Shown here piece by piece: positions 46,204 through 56,751 of a stretch of DNA of 64,000 nucleotides. Numbering within the stretch: position 1 is the stretch's first letter; every line of letters starts with the position of its first letter. The notes beneath the pieces were generated by a model that did not search any database, was not told the DNA's origin, and worked only from the letters and a program-made list of their open reading frames with translations. The position numbers and the translations under genes are program-made. Source of the stretch: an uncultured delta proteobacterium (GTDB lineage: Bacteria; Desulfobacterota; Desulfobacteria; Desulfobacterales; Desulfosalsimonadaceae); NCBI GenBank assembly GCA_963826785.1, contig CAWGYD010000005.1:224001-288000 (forward strand), in the 5' to 3' direction.

Positions 46204-48362
46204 CTTTTTTTTCCGCGCCTGAACCGGTGGAATTTCTCCAGCAGGCGCAGTGCGCGCCCGGGGGCATGCGCTTTTTTCCATTCACCGGCGGCATACCGGT
46301 TGGCTTCGGCCAGCGTGGGATAAATGTGGATGGTCCCCAGAATTTTGTTCAGCCCCAGCTTGTACTTCATGGCCAGAACATATTCGTGGATCCATTCCCC
46401 GGCATGCGGCCCCACGATCGTGGCCCCGAGTATGGCATCCGATCCCTTGCGGGTGAGCACTTTTACGAACCCCTGCGCCTCGGATTCGGCAATGGCCCGG
46501 TCCAGGTCCTGCAGCCCATAGATGGTCACTTCAAAATCGATATCCTGTGCGGCGGCATCGGTTTCGTTCATGCCCACCCGGGCCACTTCCGGCTCCGTGA
46601 AAGTGGTCCAGGGGATCACCCGGTAATCGACCTTGAACTTTTTCAAACTGCCGAACAGCGAATTGACCGCCGCAAACCAGGCCTGGTAGCTTGCCGCGTG
46701 GGTGAACTGGAAGGGGCCGGCCACATCGCCTGCGCAGAAGATGGTGGGGATGCGGGTCTGCAGTCCGGCATCGGTGCGGATGGTGCCATCGCCGTTGAAT
46801 TCCACCCCGAGGGATTCCAGGCCGAAACCGGAGGAATTGGGTTTGCGCCCCACGGCCACCAGGATGTCGTCAAACTCGATCCGAACCTCCTGTCCCGCAT
46901 GATCGCAGACCAGGATTTTTCGTCCCTCCCGGATTAGAACCTGTTTGGCCTGGTGGCGGGTCAGCACCCGGATGCCGGTATCAGTAAATTTTTTTTCCAT
47001 AAATTCGGCGACATCCGGATCTTCCCGTCCCATGATCTGCGGCCCCATTTCCACCTGGGTGACCGCCGAGCCCAGGATGGCAAAAGCCTGGGCCATTTCA
47101 CATCCGATGGGGCCGCCTCCCAGCACTACCAGCCGTTCAGGCAGGTGCCGGATGGACCAAAGGCTGTCGGAAGTCAGGCAGCCGGCCTGATCGAGTCCGG
47201 GAATAGGGGGGACAAACGGCTTTGCGCCCGTGGCCACCACGATGGCCCGGGTGGTCAATACGCGGCCGTTCACCTCGACGCTGTAGGGGGAGGTGATCCT
47301 GGCCTCCCCGGTGATGCATTCCACCCCCAGACCGGAGTAGCGTTCAATGGAATCATGGGGTTCGATGGTCTTGATGATCCGGTGTACCCGTTCCATGACG
47401 TCTTTGAAGTCGAAACGGACGTCGGCGTGCGCGAATCCGAAGTCTTTTGCCCGTTTGGCGTAAGAGAGCACCCGGGCGCTTTTGATCAGCGCCTTGCTGG
47501 GCACGCACCCGGTGTTCAGGCAATCGCCGCCCATTTTTTCCTTTTCGATCAGGGCGACTTTGGATTTGACGGTGGCGGCAATGTAGGCGCTCACCAGCCC
47601 CGCGGAGCCGGCGCCGATAACCACCAGGTTGTAATCGAATTTTTTCGGCTTCTGGTATGGGGACATGGCCCGCCATCGGGTGATGCGGCGGTTGAGAAGC
47701 TTGGCAATCCAGGGGAACAGCCCCAGCAGGATAAATGCCAGGATCAGGTCGAAGGAGAGGATGTCCCCGGCGGACCGGATTTCGGCCAGCCGGGTGCCGG
47801 CATTGACATAGACCAGGGTGCCGGGGAGCATGCCGATCTGGCTGACGAGGTAAAACACGGCCGTTCGGATGGGGGTCAGCGCCATGGCCAGGTTGATGAC
47901 AAAAAAAGGGAAGACCGGCACCAGGCGCAGGGTGAACAGAAAAAATGCGCCGTCTTTTTTCACCCCTTCATTTATTTTTTCAAGCCGTTTTCCGAATTTT
48001 TGCTGAACGACATCTTTAAACAGAAACCGGGCCGCCAGAAAGGCCAGGGTCGCGCCGATGGTGCTGGCAAAGGAGACCGCCACCGTGCCTACAAGCAGCC
48101 CGAACAGTGCCCCCCCGGCCAGGGTCATGGCGGCCGCCCCGGGAAGGGAAAGGCCGGTAACGAGGATGTAGATCGCCATGTAGGCACCGATGGTCAATGC
48201 CTTATGGTCGGCGTACAGATTCCCAAGTGCCTGGCTGCTGCCCTTCAGATAATCTACGGTCAGGTACTGATCGGCACCCGAGGCAAAAAAAAGGACAACC
48301 AGAACCAGCACAACGACGATCAGACCTGCTTTCAATATGGTTTTGCGCTTCATAGCCACCAT
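46200..48362 (-). CDS. TVP38/DedA (VTT) membrane domain fused to a pyridine nucleotide-disulfide oxidoreductase
   Basis: LRLVPVFPF; GAGSAG, GGDCLNTGCVPSK and HIYPT. Confidence 0.88.
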   Translation of the reverse strand: MVAMKRKTILKAGLIVVVLVLVVLFFASGADQYLTVDYLKGSSQALGNLYADHKALTIGAYMAIYILVTGLSLPGAAAMTLAGGALFGLLVGTVAVSFASTIGATLAFLAARFLFKDVVQQKFGKRLEKINEGVKKDGAFFLFTLRLVPVFPFFVINLAMALTPIRTAVFYLVSQIGMLPGTLVYVNAGTRLAEIRSAGDILSFDLILAFILLGLFPWIAKLLNRRITRWRAMSPYQKPKKFDYNLVVIGAGSAGLVSAYIAATVKSKVALIEKEKMGGDCLNTGCVPSKALIKSARVLSYAKRAKDFGFAHADVRFDFKDVMERVHRIIKTIEPHDSIERYSGLGVECITGEARITSPYSVEVNGRVLTTRAIVVATGAKPFVPPIPGLDQAGCLTSDSLWSIRHLPERLVVLGGGPIGCEMAQAFAILGSAVTQVEMGPQIMGREDPDVAEFMEKKFTDTGIRVLTRHQAKQVLIREGRKILVCDHAGQEVRIEFDDILVAVGRKPNSSGFGLESLGVEFNGDGTIRTDAGLQTRIPTIFCAGDVAGPFQFTHAASYQAWFAAVNSLFGSLKKFKVDYRVIPWTTFTEPEVARVGMNETDAAAQDIDFEVTIYGLQDLDRAIAESEAQGFVKVLTRKGSDAILGATIVGPHAGEWIHEYVLAMKYKLGLNKILGTIHIYPTLAEANRYAAGEWKKAHAPGRALRLLEKFHRFRRGKKR

Positions 48363-48548
48363 TCGGGTTTGAAAATTGAAATACTATACCAAATTTCTAA
48401 GCAGTTTCCGAATCATATTGTTCCAATGGTTATGAATAACCCCTTCCATTCGTTTTGAACGAGTTGAATGGACCGATATTTAGACTTATGTTGTAGAAAA
48501 TCGGGTTGGGTCTGCTTCTAAACCATCGTATTCGAAAAGGGGGTATTT

Positions 48549-49183
48549 ATGGAATTTCAGGATGTGGTCATGAACCGGCGTGCAGTGAATTACTTTGACC
48601 CCGAAAAAGACGTATCCGATGAACAGATCCGGCAGATGGTGGAAATGGCTGCACAGGCGCCGTCCAGCTTCAACCTTCAGCCGTGGCATTTGATTCTTCT
48701 GCGCAGCCGGGAAGATAAAATGCGGCTGCGCAAAAATGCCTGGGACCAGGCCAAGGTCAGTGAAGCGCCGGTCACCATGATTGTTCTGGCGGACATGAGC
48801 GGCTGGAAGCCGGAAAACCGGTTCTTGCAGAACGCTTTTGAAAACCTGGTGAAGGTGGGGCAGCTCAAGGAAGAGCAGAAGGACTGGTTTCTGGGCGAGT
48901 GCCGGTCGCTGTATGGAGAAACCGAGGCCCGCCAGGTGGCATTTGCCAACAAGAATACCGGGTTTTTCGCCATGAACCTGATGCTTGCGGCCAAAAGCAT
49001 GGGCATCGACACCCATCCCATGGACGGGTTCGACCTGGAAGCGGTCAAGAAGGAGTTCAAGATTCCGGCCCATTACTGGGTTCCCCTGCTGCTGGCGGTG
49101 GGGTATTTCCGCCAGGAGATGACCCTTTTCCCCGCAAATGGCGCAAGCGCTTTGATGAGATTGTCGTACGTTTTGATGGATAA
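48549..49183 (+). CDS. nitroreductase family protein (frameshift near the C-terminus)
   Basis: RRAV, APSSFNLQPW and MDGFD; natural end KWRKRFDEIV lies in another frame. Confidence 0.85.
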
Positions 49184-49256
49184 TGATTTCTGCCTGTGCT
49201 ATAGAAATTTTTCGAAGATCCCGGGCACGATAACCTAACCGAAGGGAGGGCGCGAC

Positions 49257-49514
49257 ATGGCCGAAACCAACATTATGATTTATACCTTGAGTACCTGCAG
49301 CCACTGCAAAGCCACCAAGAAGTTCTTAAACGACTGCAATGTCGAATATGACATGGTGGATGTCGATCTGGCGGACAGCGAGGAACGCAAAGCGATCCTG
49401 GAGGATGTGAAAAAACTCAATCCGAGATGTTCATTTCCCACCATTAAAATCGGTGACAGGGTCATCGTCGGGTATAAGGAAAAAGAGATCAAGGAGGCCC
49501 TCGGACTCTCATGA
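49257..49514 (+). CDS. glutaredoxin-like protein
   Basis: CSHC and SFPT motifs. Confidence 0.88.
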   Translation: MAETNIMIYTLSTCSHCKATKKFLNDCNVEYDMVDVDLADSEERKAILEDVKKLNPRCSFPTIKIGDRVIVGYKEKEIKEALGLS

Positions 49515-49843
49515 AAGTTGAACAGCTTTATGAACAGTTGAAGAAAATCCAGGAATCCAAGGGGTATTTTTTCAACCGGGACAAAGATCTGGTTTTCGAT
49601 CTGCTGGATTCCCTCCTTCAGAACAAGGAGCGCTACGGCTATATGAACTGCCCCTGCCGCCTTTCTTCCGGCGACCGGGAGCACGACAGGGATATCATCT
49701 GCCCCTGCGTCTACCGGGAGCCGGATGTCGAGGAATACGGCAGCTGCTATTGCGCCCTGTATGTATCCAGAAAATGGAACGAGGGCGAAATCGAACACCA
49801 GTACGTCCCCGAAAGACGGCCCCCGGAAAAATTCGATTTTTGA
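49511..49843 (+). CDS. ferredoxin-thioredoxin reductase catalytic subunit
   Basis: CPC, CPC and CYC motifs. Confidence 0.9.
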   Translation: MKVEQLYEQLKKIQESKGYFFNRDKDLVFDLLDSLLQNKERYGYMNCPCRLSSGDREHDRDIICPCVYREPDVEEYGSCYCALYVSRKWNEGEIEHQYVPERRPPEKFDF

Positions 49844-49864
49844 TCATATTTAAAGCGATACTTT

Positions 49865-50722
49865 ATGGATTTGATTGAACCGGTCGAAAAACTGGTAGAT
49901 ATTGAAGATGCCCGGATTTCATTTCTCCATTACGGAAGCGCCGGTCCTCCGGTCATCCTGATTCATGCCACGGGTTTTCTGCCATGGCTGTGGCACCCCA
50001 TCGCCCAGGGGCTTTCCGAAAAATACCAGGTGTTTGCGCCGTATTTCTGCGATTACCGGTGTGCGGACCCGGAGGCGGGCGGACTGAGCTGGCGGTTTCT
50101 GGCCCGGGATCTGGTCTCTTTCTGCCGGGAGCTAAATATCGCCTCGCCATTCATGGTGGGCCATTCCATGGGCGGTGCGGTCATGACGATTGCCAGCGGG
50201 CGTTTCAATCTGCCTGTTCGCAAGATGGTGCTCATCGAACCGATTCTGCTGCCTCATGAACTCTACCAGGCCAAAATACGGGTGGAAGACCACCCCCTGG
50301 CCGGAAAATCCATCCGGCGCAAAAACGGGTGGTCAAATGCCGGCGAAGCCAGGGCCTACCTGAAATCAAAACCCCTGTTTGCCGCCTGGGATGAGCAGAT
50401 CCTGGACCTGTATGTCGCCCACGGGATGGTGCCGTCACCCGATGGCGGCCTCGAACTGGCCTGCCACCCCCGGCAGGAAGCCGCGCTTTTCATGGGCAGC
50501 ATGGCCTATGATCCCTGGCCGTATGTCCCCAATGTTAACTGCCCCGTTCTGGTGATGGAAGGGGAACACACCGAAAACAAGGGATTTATCGATTATCCCG
50601 GATTGGCCGGACAATTTCCCCGGGGGCATTACGTGTCCGTTGACGGCGCCGGTCACCTGATTCCCATGGAAAAGCCCCACACCGTGCTGTCCATTATCCG
50701 ATCCTTTTTTGAAGAAAAATGA
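49865..50722 (+). CDS. alpha/beta hydrolase
   Basis: GHSMG nucleophile elbow; C-terminal GH. Confidence 0.85.
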   Translation: MDLIEPVEKLVDIEDARISFLHYGSAGPPVILIHATGFLPWLWHPIAQGLSEKYQVFAPYFCDYRCADPEAGGLSWRFLARDLVSFCRELNIASPFMVGHSMGGAVMTIASGRFNLPVRKMVLIEPILLPHELYQAKIRVEDHPLAGKSIRRKNGWSNAGEARAYLKSKPLFAAWDEQILDLYVAHGMVPSPDGGLELACHPRQEAALFMGSMAYDPWPYVPNVNCPVLVMEGEHTENKGFIDYPGLAGQFPRGHYVSVDGAGHLIPMEKPHTVLSIIRSFFEEK

Positions 50723-50800
50723 TCATGTCCCCGCCCCGATCGTGAACGCAGCCATTCTCATGCAGTGAAGTCGAGTTCAACGGATAAAGGGAAAACCATC

Positions 50801-51124
50801 ATGGAGCAGGTATACCTGGCATATGTTACCGCCGGCAGCAAAAGCGAGGCCGTGGCCATTGGAAACGAGCTGGTGGAACATGGGCTGGCCGCCTGCGTGA
50901 ACATTATCGACAACATGAATTCCATTTATATCTGGGACGGCGAACTTCAGTACGACAACGAGGTGGTCCTGATCGCCAAAACCACCGAAGCCCGCCTTCC
51001 CGAACTGATGGAAAGCATCAAATCCAATCACAGTTATGACTGCCCCTGCATCCTCACACTGCCGGTATCGGGCGGAAACCCGGCTTTTCTGGAATGGGTT
51101 GCAGGCCAGGTGAAAAAACCATGA
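50801..51124 (+). CDS. cutA: divalent-cation tolerance protein CutA
   Basis: LAACVN, SIYIW and HSYDCPCI. Confidence 0.9.
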   Translation: MEQVYLAYVTAGSKSEAVAIGNELVEHGLAACVNIIDNMNSIYIWDGELQYDNEVVLIAKTTEARLPELMESIKSNHSYDCPCILTLPVSGGNPAFLEWVAGQVKKP

Positions 51125-51149
51125 TGCATCCGCCCAAAGAGGAATTTCA

Positions 51150-51671
51150 ATGGAACTGACGGATCTTTTACCGCTGGAACAATGGAAGCAGCTGGAGCAG
51201 GATCTGCACGAGCGCTCGGGCCTGGATGTCAATGTCTTCAACCGCGAAGGCATCCGGATTACGGATTACAAGCAGTGGGTCAACCGGTTCTGTCCCCGGA
51301 TCAAGGCCGATGACCGGGGCCAGAGTTATATCTGTGCGGTGGCGCACATGAACATCGCGGAAATGGCCCGGCAGTCCGGAGAACCCACCGCCGAGGAATG
51401 CGATGCCGGGCTGCTGAAATTCGTGGTGCCGATTGTGGTAAATGGTGAATTTCTCGGATCCATCGGTGCGTGCGGCCTGATTCTGGAAGAGGGGGAGGTG
51501 GACTCCTTCATGGTCAATAAGACCATTGGAATGGAAGAAGATGAAATCGAGGATCTCACTTACGACATCAAGCATGTTTCCCGGGCGGAAGTGGATCAAC
51601 TGGGGGATTACATTCGGGAAAGACTAAACCATATCATCGGCGATTACGAAAATAAAAAGCAATCGTATTGA
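51150..51671 (+). CDS. stand-alone PocR ligand-binding domain protein
   Basis: Conserved Cys pattern and CDAGL..VVPI. Confidence 0.75.
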   Translation: MELTDLLPLEQWKQLEQDLHERSGLDVNVFNREGIRITDYKQWVNRFCPRIKADDRGQSYICAVAHMNIAEMARQSGEPTAEECDAGLLKFVVPIVVNGEFLGSIGACGLILEEGEVDSFMVNKTIGMEEDEIEDLTYDIKHVSRAEVDQLGDYIRERLNHIIGDYENKKQSY

Positions 51672-51782
51672 CATTTTCTCAGTCAACAGGTTAGGTTACC
51701 CGCGATACGAAGATTGGGTTGCGCTGAGATCAATTCCCGCAGCATCTACAGCAACTACATTTATGGAATTCTCCCGATCGTT

Positions 51783-52601
51783 ATGAATGACTCTGCATTG
51801 CTGACGGCATCCATATATGCGGCTGTCGAAGCCGGCGTCGCCGCGCTTGAAATTTACGACAAGGACTTTGAAGTCGAGTTCAAGGCCGATGATTCGCCGC
51901 TGACCCTGGCGGACAAACAATCCCACCGGATCATTGCCGCCTGTCTGGCGGATTTCGACATCCCCATGCTCAGCGAGGAAGGCAAATCGATTCCCTTTGA
52001 AGCGCGTGGCGCCTGGCCGTCCCTCCTGGTTGTCGACCCCCTCGACGGAACCAAGGAATTCATCAAGAAAAACGGTGAATTCACCATTAACATCGCGCTG
52101 GTCTGCGATCGCCGGCCGGTGATGGGGGTCATCTATGTACCGGTCAAAAAACGGCTTTATTTCGCCTTAAAAGACCTTGGCGCCTACCGCCTGGACATTG
52201 ACCACCCGGAACACATCCGGCAAATCTCGTATGATCAACTCCGAAGCATATCGGATCAGATCCGTGCGGCGGCCGATCCGAACCGGCCGTTTACCATCGT
52301 GGGAAGCCGGTCCCATGCCACCCCGGAACTTACGGCATACGTGGCAGACAAGCGCAAGTCCCATGGAAATCTTGATTTTATCTCCGCGGGCAGTTCTTTG
52401 AAATTCTGCCTGGTTGCCGAAGGAAGGGCCGACGTGTATCCGCGCCTCGGGCCCACCATGGAGTGGGATACGGCGGCCGGCCATGCCATTGCCGAGGCGG
52501 CCGGCGCCGCAATTTTCTGCAGCGAAACCCGCCAACCCCTGTTATACAACAAACCGAACCTGCTAAATCCCTGGTTTGTCGTTTCAAACGGCAGGCATTG
52601 A
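51783..52601 (+). CDS. cysQ: 3'(2'),5'-bisphosphate nucleotidase CysQ
   Basis: DPLDGTKEF, GSSLK and TMEWDTAAG. Confidence 0.92.
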   Translation: MNDSALLTASIYAAVEAGVAALEIYDKDFEVEFKADDSPLTLADKQSHRIIAACLADFDIPMLSEEGKSIPFEARGAWPSLLVVDPLDGTKEFIKKNGEFTINIALVCDRRPVMGVIYVPVKKRLYFALKDLGAYRLDIDHPEHIRQISYDQLRSISDQIRAAADPNRPFTIVGSRSHATPELTAYVADKRKSHGNLDFISAGSSLKFCLVAEGRADVYPRLGPTMEWDTAAGHAIAEAAGAAIFCSETRQPLLYNKPNLLNPWFVVSNGRH

Positions 52602-52636
52602 AACTTTCCAACGAAATATCACCATGAGAGCGCGTA

Positions 52637-54349
52637 ATGACCGAAACCGTTTATGATGCCCACGGCGGCAGCCTGATCAGTCTGATTGTCGATGAGGATC
52701 GTGCCAGGCTGCTTAAAGAAATCGCCATGAACCTGCCCGATGTCGTTTTGAACGACCGTCACCTGTGCGACCTGGAACTGCTGGCCGTGGGTGGATTTTC
52801 ACCCCTCCAGGGATTCATGGTCCGGGCGGATTATGAATCGGTGCTGGATCGGATGCGGCTGCAGGACAACACCCTCTGGCCGCTGCCCATCTGTCTGGAC
52901 ATCTCCGAAGCCCAGGCCGGGCGGCTGGAGGTCGGCCAGTCGGTGGCCCTCCGTGATCCGGAAGGATTTCTGCTGGCGGTCATGCATGTGGAAGATATCT
53001 GGCCGGTGGACCGGGAAAAAGAAGCGAAAAAAGCCTATGAAACCATGGACACCTGCCACCCCGGCGTATATTACCTGATGAAAAAGTCGGGAGATTTTTA
53101 TATCGGCGGCCGACTGGAAGTCATCAGTTCACCGCTGCATTTTGATTTCAAGCAGCTTCGTCTCTATCCCCGGGAGGTCCGGCAGACGTATACCAAGCTC
53201 GGATGGCAGCGTGTGGTCGGGTTCCAGACCCGCAATCCCCTGCACCGCTTCCAGTTTGAAATGACCACCAAGGCCATGCGCCATGCCCGGGCCAATCTGC
53301 TTCTCCTGCCGGTGGTGGGGATGACCCGGCCCGATGACTTCGATCAATACACACGGGTTCGCTGCTACAAGGCCGTTGCCGGCCATTATCCGCCCGATTC
53401 CCATGTCCTGTCGCTGCTTCCCCTGGCCATGCGGCTTTCGGGTCCGCGCGACGCCATACTGGACACGATCATCGCCAAGAATTACGGCTGCACCCATTTC
53501 ATCGTAGGGCATGACCATGCCAGCCCCGGGCCGGACACAAACGGAGAACCTTTTTACGAATGCGACCGCGCCCGGTGCCTGGCCGCCGAGTTTTCCGGCG
53601 AAATCGGCGTCGAGATCGTTCCCTTCGAGGAAATGGTCTACCTCCCGTTTGAAGACGAATACCGCTCCAAGGACAAAGTCGCTGCGGGGACCCAGACCAT
53701 ATCACTTTCCGGCTCCGACATCCGGGTGCGTATCCGGGAGGGCCGGCGCATCCCCGAATGGGCCACCTTCACCGAAGTGGTCACGGAACTGCAGAAAGCC
53801 TATCCCCCTCCCCATCGGCAGGGCTTCACCGTCTTTTTGACCGGCCTTTCCGGTGCCGGCAAATCGACCGTGGCCAAGGTTTTGTATTCAAAGTTTTTGG
53901 AAATCGGGGACCGTCCGGTAACGCTGCTGGACGGAGACATCGTCCGGCGCAACCTGTCCAGCGAACTGTCCTTCAGCAAGGAGCACCGGGACATCAATGT
54001 GGCCCGGATCGGTTTTGTGGCCAGCGAAATCACCAAGAACAGAGGGATCGCCATCTGTGCGCCCATCGCTCCCTATGAATACACCCGCCGGGAAATCCGC
54101 ACCGTGGTGGAGCAATACGGCGGATTCATCGAAATTCACGTATGCACCCCCATCACCGAATGTGAAAAGCGCGACCGGAAAGGAATGTATGCCAAGGCCC
54201 GGGCCGGCCTGATCAAGGGGTTCACCGGCGTGGATGACCCCTACGAAGATCCCACGCGGCCGGAATTGCGGATCGACACCTCCAACATGACCCCGGTGGA
54301 AGCGGCGCAGGAAATACTGCTTTTTCTCGGAAAGAAAGGATACATCTGA
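52637..54349 (+). CDS. sat: bifunctional sulfate adenylyltransferase / adenylylsulfate kinase
   Basis: FQTRNPLH; C-terminal GLSGAGKS, LLDGD and FTGVDDPYE. Confidence 0.93.
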   Translation: MTETVYDAHGGSLISLIVDEDRARLLKEIAMNLPDVVLNDRHLCDLELLAVGGFSPLQGFMVRADYESVLDRMRLQDNTLWPLPICLDISEAQAGRLEVGQSVALRDPEGFLLAVMHVEDIWPVDREKEAKKAYETMDTCHPGVYYLMKKSGDFYIGGRLEVISSPLHFDFKQLRLYPREVRQTYTKLGWQRVVGFQTRNPLHRFQFEMTTKAMRHARANLLLLPVVGMTRPDDFDQYTRVRCYKAVAGHYPPDSHVLSLLPLAMRLSGPRDAILDTIIAKNYGCTHFIVGHDHASPGPDTNGEPFYECDRARCLAAEFSGEIGVEIVPFEEMVYLPFEDEYRSKDKVAAGTQTISLSGSDIRVRIREGRRIPEWATFTEVVTELQKAYPPPHRQGFTVFLTGLSGAGKSTVAKVLYSKFLEIGDRPVTLLDGDIVRRNLSSELSFSKEHRDINVARIGFVASEITKNRGIAICAPIAPYEYTRREIRTVVEQYGGFIEIHVCTPITECEKRDRKGMYAKARAGLIKGFTGVDDPYEDPTRPELRIDTSNMTPVEAAQEILLFLGKKGYI

Positions 54350-54352
54350 ATC

Positions 54353-55642
54353 ATGGCGACAAAGCCCGTCATTGCCGTTATCGGACTGGGATACGTGGGG
54401 TTGCCGGTGGCCGTCGAATTCGGCAAACGCTACCCCACCATCGGGTATGATTTAAAGGCCCATATGATCAAGGCCTATCAGGCGCACACGGACCCCAATG
54501 GCGAATTGTCCGCAGAAGAACTCAAGGCCGCGCTCCACCTTGAATACACCACGGACCCCGCAAGGCTTGCGGAAGCCGACGTGATCATCGTGGCGGTCCC
54601 CACGCCCATCGATGATGCCCGTCAGCCGGATCTCGGCCCGGTCCGGGGCGCTACGGAGACCGCCGGCAGGCACATGAAACCGGGGGCGGTGGTGGTGTAC
54701 GAATCCACGGTGTATCCCGGCACCACGGAAGAGGTCTGCGTTCCGATCCTGGAAAAGATGTCGGGCATGACCTGGAAGACGGATTTTCATGTGGGATATT
54801 CTCCGGAGCGGATCAACCCGGGCGACAAAACACATACCCTGCCCAACATCACCAAGGTCGTGTCCGGTGATACCCCGGAAACCCTGGATTTGCTGGCCGG
54901 TCTCTATGGGGCCATCATCCCGGCGGGGATTTATCGGGCTCCCAACATCCGTACCGCCGAAGCCGCCAAGGTGATCGAAAATACACAGCGGGATTTGAAT
55001 ATCGCCCTGATGAACGAACTCTCGGTGATTTTTGACCGGCTGGGGATCGACACCGTGGAAGTGCTGGAGGCGGCCTCCACCAAGTGGAATTTCCTCCCGT
55101 TCCGCCCCGGGCTGGTGGGCGGTCACTGCATCGGCGTGGACCCGTATTACCTGACCTACCGGGCGGAAAGGGCCGGGTATCATCCCGAAGTCATCCTGGC
55201 CGGGCGCCGGATCAACGACAACATGGGAAAGTTCGTGGTGGAAAAAACCGTCAAGCTCATGGCCCGGTCCTGCGAAAATATCATGAACGCCCGGGTCGGC
55301 ATTTTCGGGCTGACCTTCAAGGAGGACTGCTCCGACCTCAGAAATTCCCGGGTGACCGACATCATCTCCGAACTGAGCGCCTACGGCATCATTCCCCTGG
55401 TCCACGATCCCCTGGCCGATGTGGACGAGGCCCGGCGTATTTTCAACATCCGTTTGACCCCGTTTGAGGAGATGAAGAACCTGGATGCCATCATTATCGC
55501 CGTGTCCCACCGATCTTATAAATCCATGCGGGTCGCTGATTTTGCCGATCGGCTCAATTCAAACGGCTGCCTGATCGATATCAAGGCCATACTGCCCATG
55601 GATGAGGTCAAGGCATCCGGGGTTCATTTCTGGCGACTGTAG
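54353..55642 (+). CDS. nucleotide-sugar (UDP-GlcNAc/GalNAc-type) dehydrogenase
   Basis: GLGYVG, YSPERINPG and GGHCIGVDPY. Confidence 0.92.
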   Translation: MATKPVIAVIGLGYVGLPVAVEFGKRYPTIGYDLKAHMIKAYQAHTDPNGELSAEELKAALHLEYTTDPARLAEADVIIVAVPTPIDDARQPDLGPVRGATETAGRHMKPGAVVVYESTVYPGTTEEVCVPILEKMSGMTWKTDFHVGYSPERINPGDKTHTLPNITKVVSGDTPETLDLLAGLYGAIIPAGIYRAPNIRTAEAAKVIENTQRDLNIALMNELSVIFDRLGIDTVEVLEAASTKWNFLPFRPGLVGGHCIGVDPYYLTYRAERAGYHPEVILAGRRINDNMGKFVVEKTVKLMARSCENIMNARVGIFGLTFKEDCSDLRNSRVTDIISELSAYGIIPLVHDPLADVDEARRIFNIRLTPFEEMKNLDAIIIAVSHRSYKSMRVADFADRLNSNGCLIDIKAILPMDEVKASGVHFWRL

Positions 55643-56319
55643 GTCACTCTGATCCCGCCCCTTATTTTTTCGTAGTAGATGATATCCACGGGAATCGTTT
55701 CGTTTAGAAACGGCTTTGACGCATAGGAGGTCGGCTTGACGGAAACCGGTGTGAGGCCGATAAAGCCGTCGATCCCCTTTGTTTCTTCCTCCGGGGTGGC
55801 CAGCCGGTAAGTGGTGTTTTTCATGGCGGCGATTTTCTTGAGGACGCTTTCCTGAAACCGCAGTCCGGCATAGGTCTTGGTCAGGACCAGCTCACTGATC
55901 CAACGCCGGGTCATGGCCCGGTCGATCCCGGCCATGGCCGTTCTCATCTTTTCAACCATTTCATAGGTCTTTTCAGAAGCCTGATCAATGGCACCGGGAT
56001 GTTTGCCGGTGTACCACTTTACCCATTCTCCATAGCCCCGGCCCGGAAATTCCTGGATCAATTCCGACATCTGTCCCACCTGGTTGGGCCGGGTGGCCTG
56101 TGAGTTCTGGTTGGCCAGATTGAGCAGCTGGGTGGTGTACTTGGGGAAAGGGTCGGCGCTTCCCGCCACATCTTCCATGATGTCGGCCATGGCCAGGGTG
56201 AACCGAAGATCGTGCGTGGCATCCTGCGCCAGAACAGCCACCATGCCGCCGGATGCAGCAGCCGTTATCAGCCAGCAGGCAACCATCAGCATCGACCGGG
56301 TCTTCATGCCCATATTCAT
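55624..56319 (-). CDS. MjaI-family restriction endonuclease-like protein with putative signal peptide
   Basis: FPKYTTQLLNLANQNSQATRP..VGQMSELIQEF and EETKGIDGFIG..VSVKP; hydrophobic N-terminal extension. Confidence 0.75.
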   Translation of the reverse strand: MNMGMKTRSMLMVACWLITAAASGGMVAVLAQDATHDLRFTLAMADIMEDVAGSADPFPKYTTQLLNLANQNSQATRPNQVGQMSELIQEFPGRGYGEWVKWYTGKHPGAIDQASEKTYEMVEKMRTAMAGIDRAMTRRWISELVLTKTYAGLRFQESVLKKIAAMKNTTYRLATPEEETKGIDGFIGLTPVSVKPTSYASKPFLNETIPVDIIYYEKIRGGIRVTYSRQK

Positions 56320-56502
56320 GATGTTATCCCTCCTGTATCGTGATTGATTCTCATCACTTCATCTCGACAGATGATATATATCACGATTTCAGGAAAGATA
56401 AAAGCCATTGAGATTCAATTACTTATTATCTCATTGGGCTCATACCAACCGGGCGTTGATCCCGCTGCCGACGGGACACCCCCCTTTAATTCCCCCCTGC
56501 CA

Positions 56503-56751
56503 GGCATAAGCGCTAACTTAACGCATAGTATCCCCCTCGTAATCATCCTTTATGTCATTCCGGCAGTCTTTTAGCCGGAATCCAATGAATAGCAAAGGGT
56601 GCCGTTTCTTTTATTTGCAAGAATGTATACCGCTGGTTGCCTGTTCATTTCGTCTTCCTGGATTCCGGCTTAAAGACTGCCGGAATGACGCTCTTAAGAG
56701 GAACGACAAATTAGAAGATATTGCATCGGTCATTAAGTTAGCGCCTATGCC
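56503..56751. mobile_element. family B element, internally deleted copy
   Basis: Same TIRs and REP hairpins as 37549-38027; direct repeat CCTGCCA; only the first ~18 GIY-YIG codons remain. Confidence 0.85.

Noticed and set aside
46953..48458. 501-aa plus-strand ORF and similar long antisense ORFs
   Set aside because: GC-rich shadow frames opposite well-supported genes
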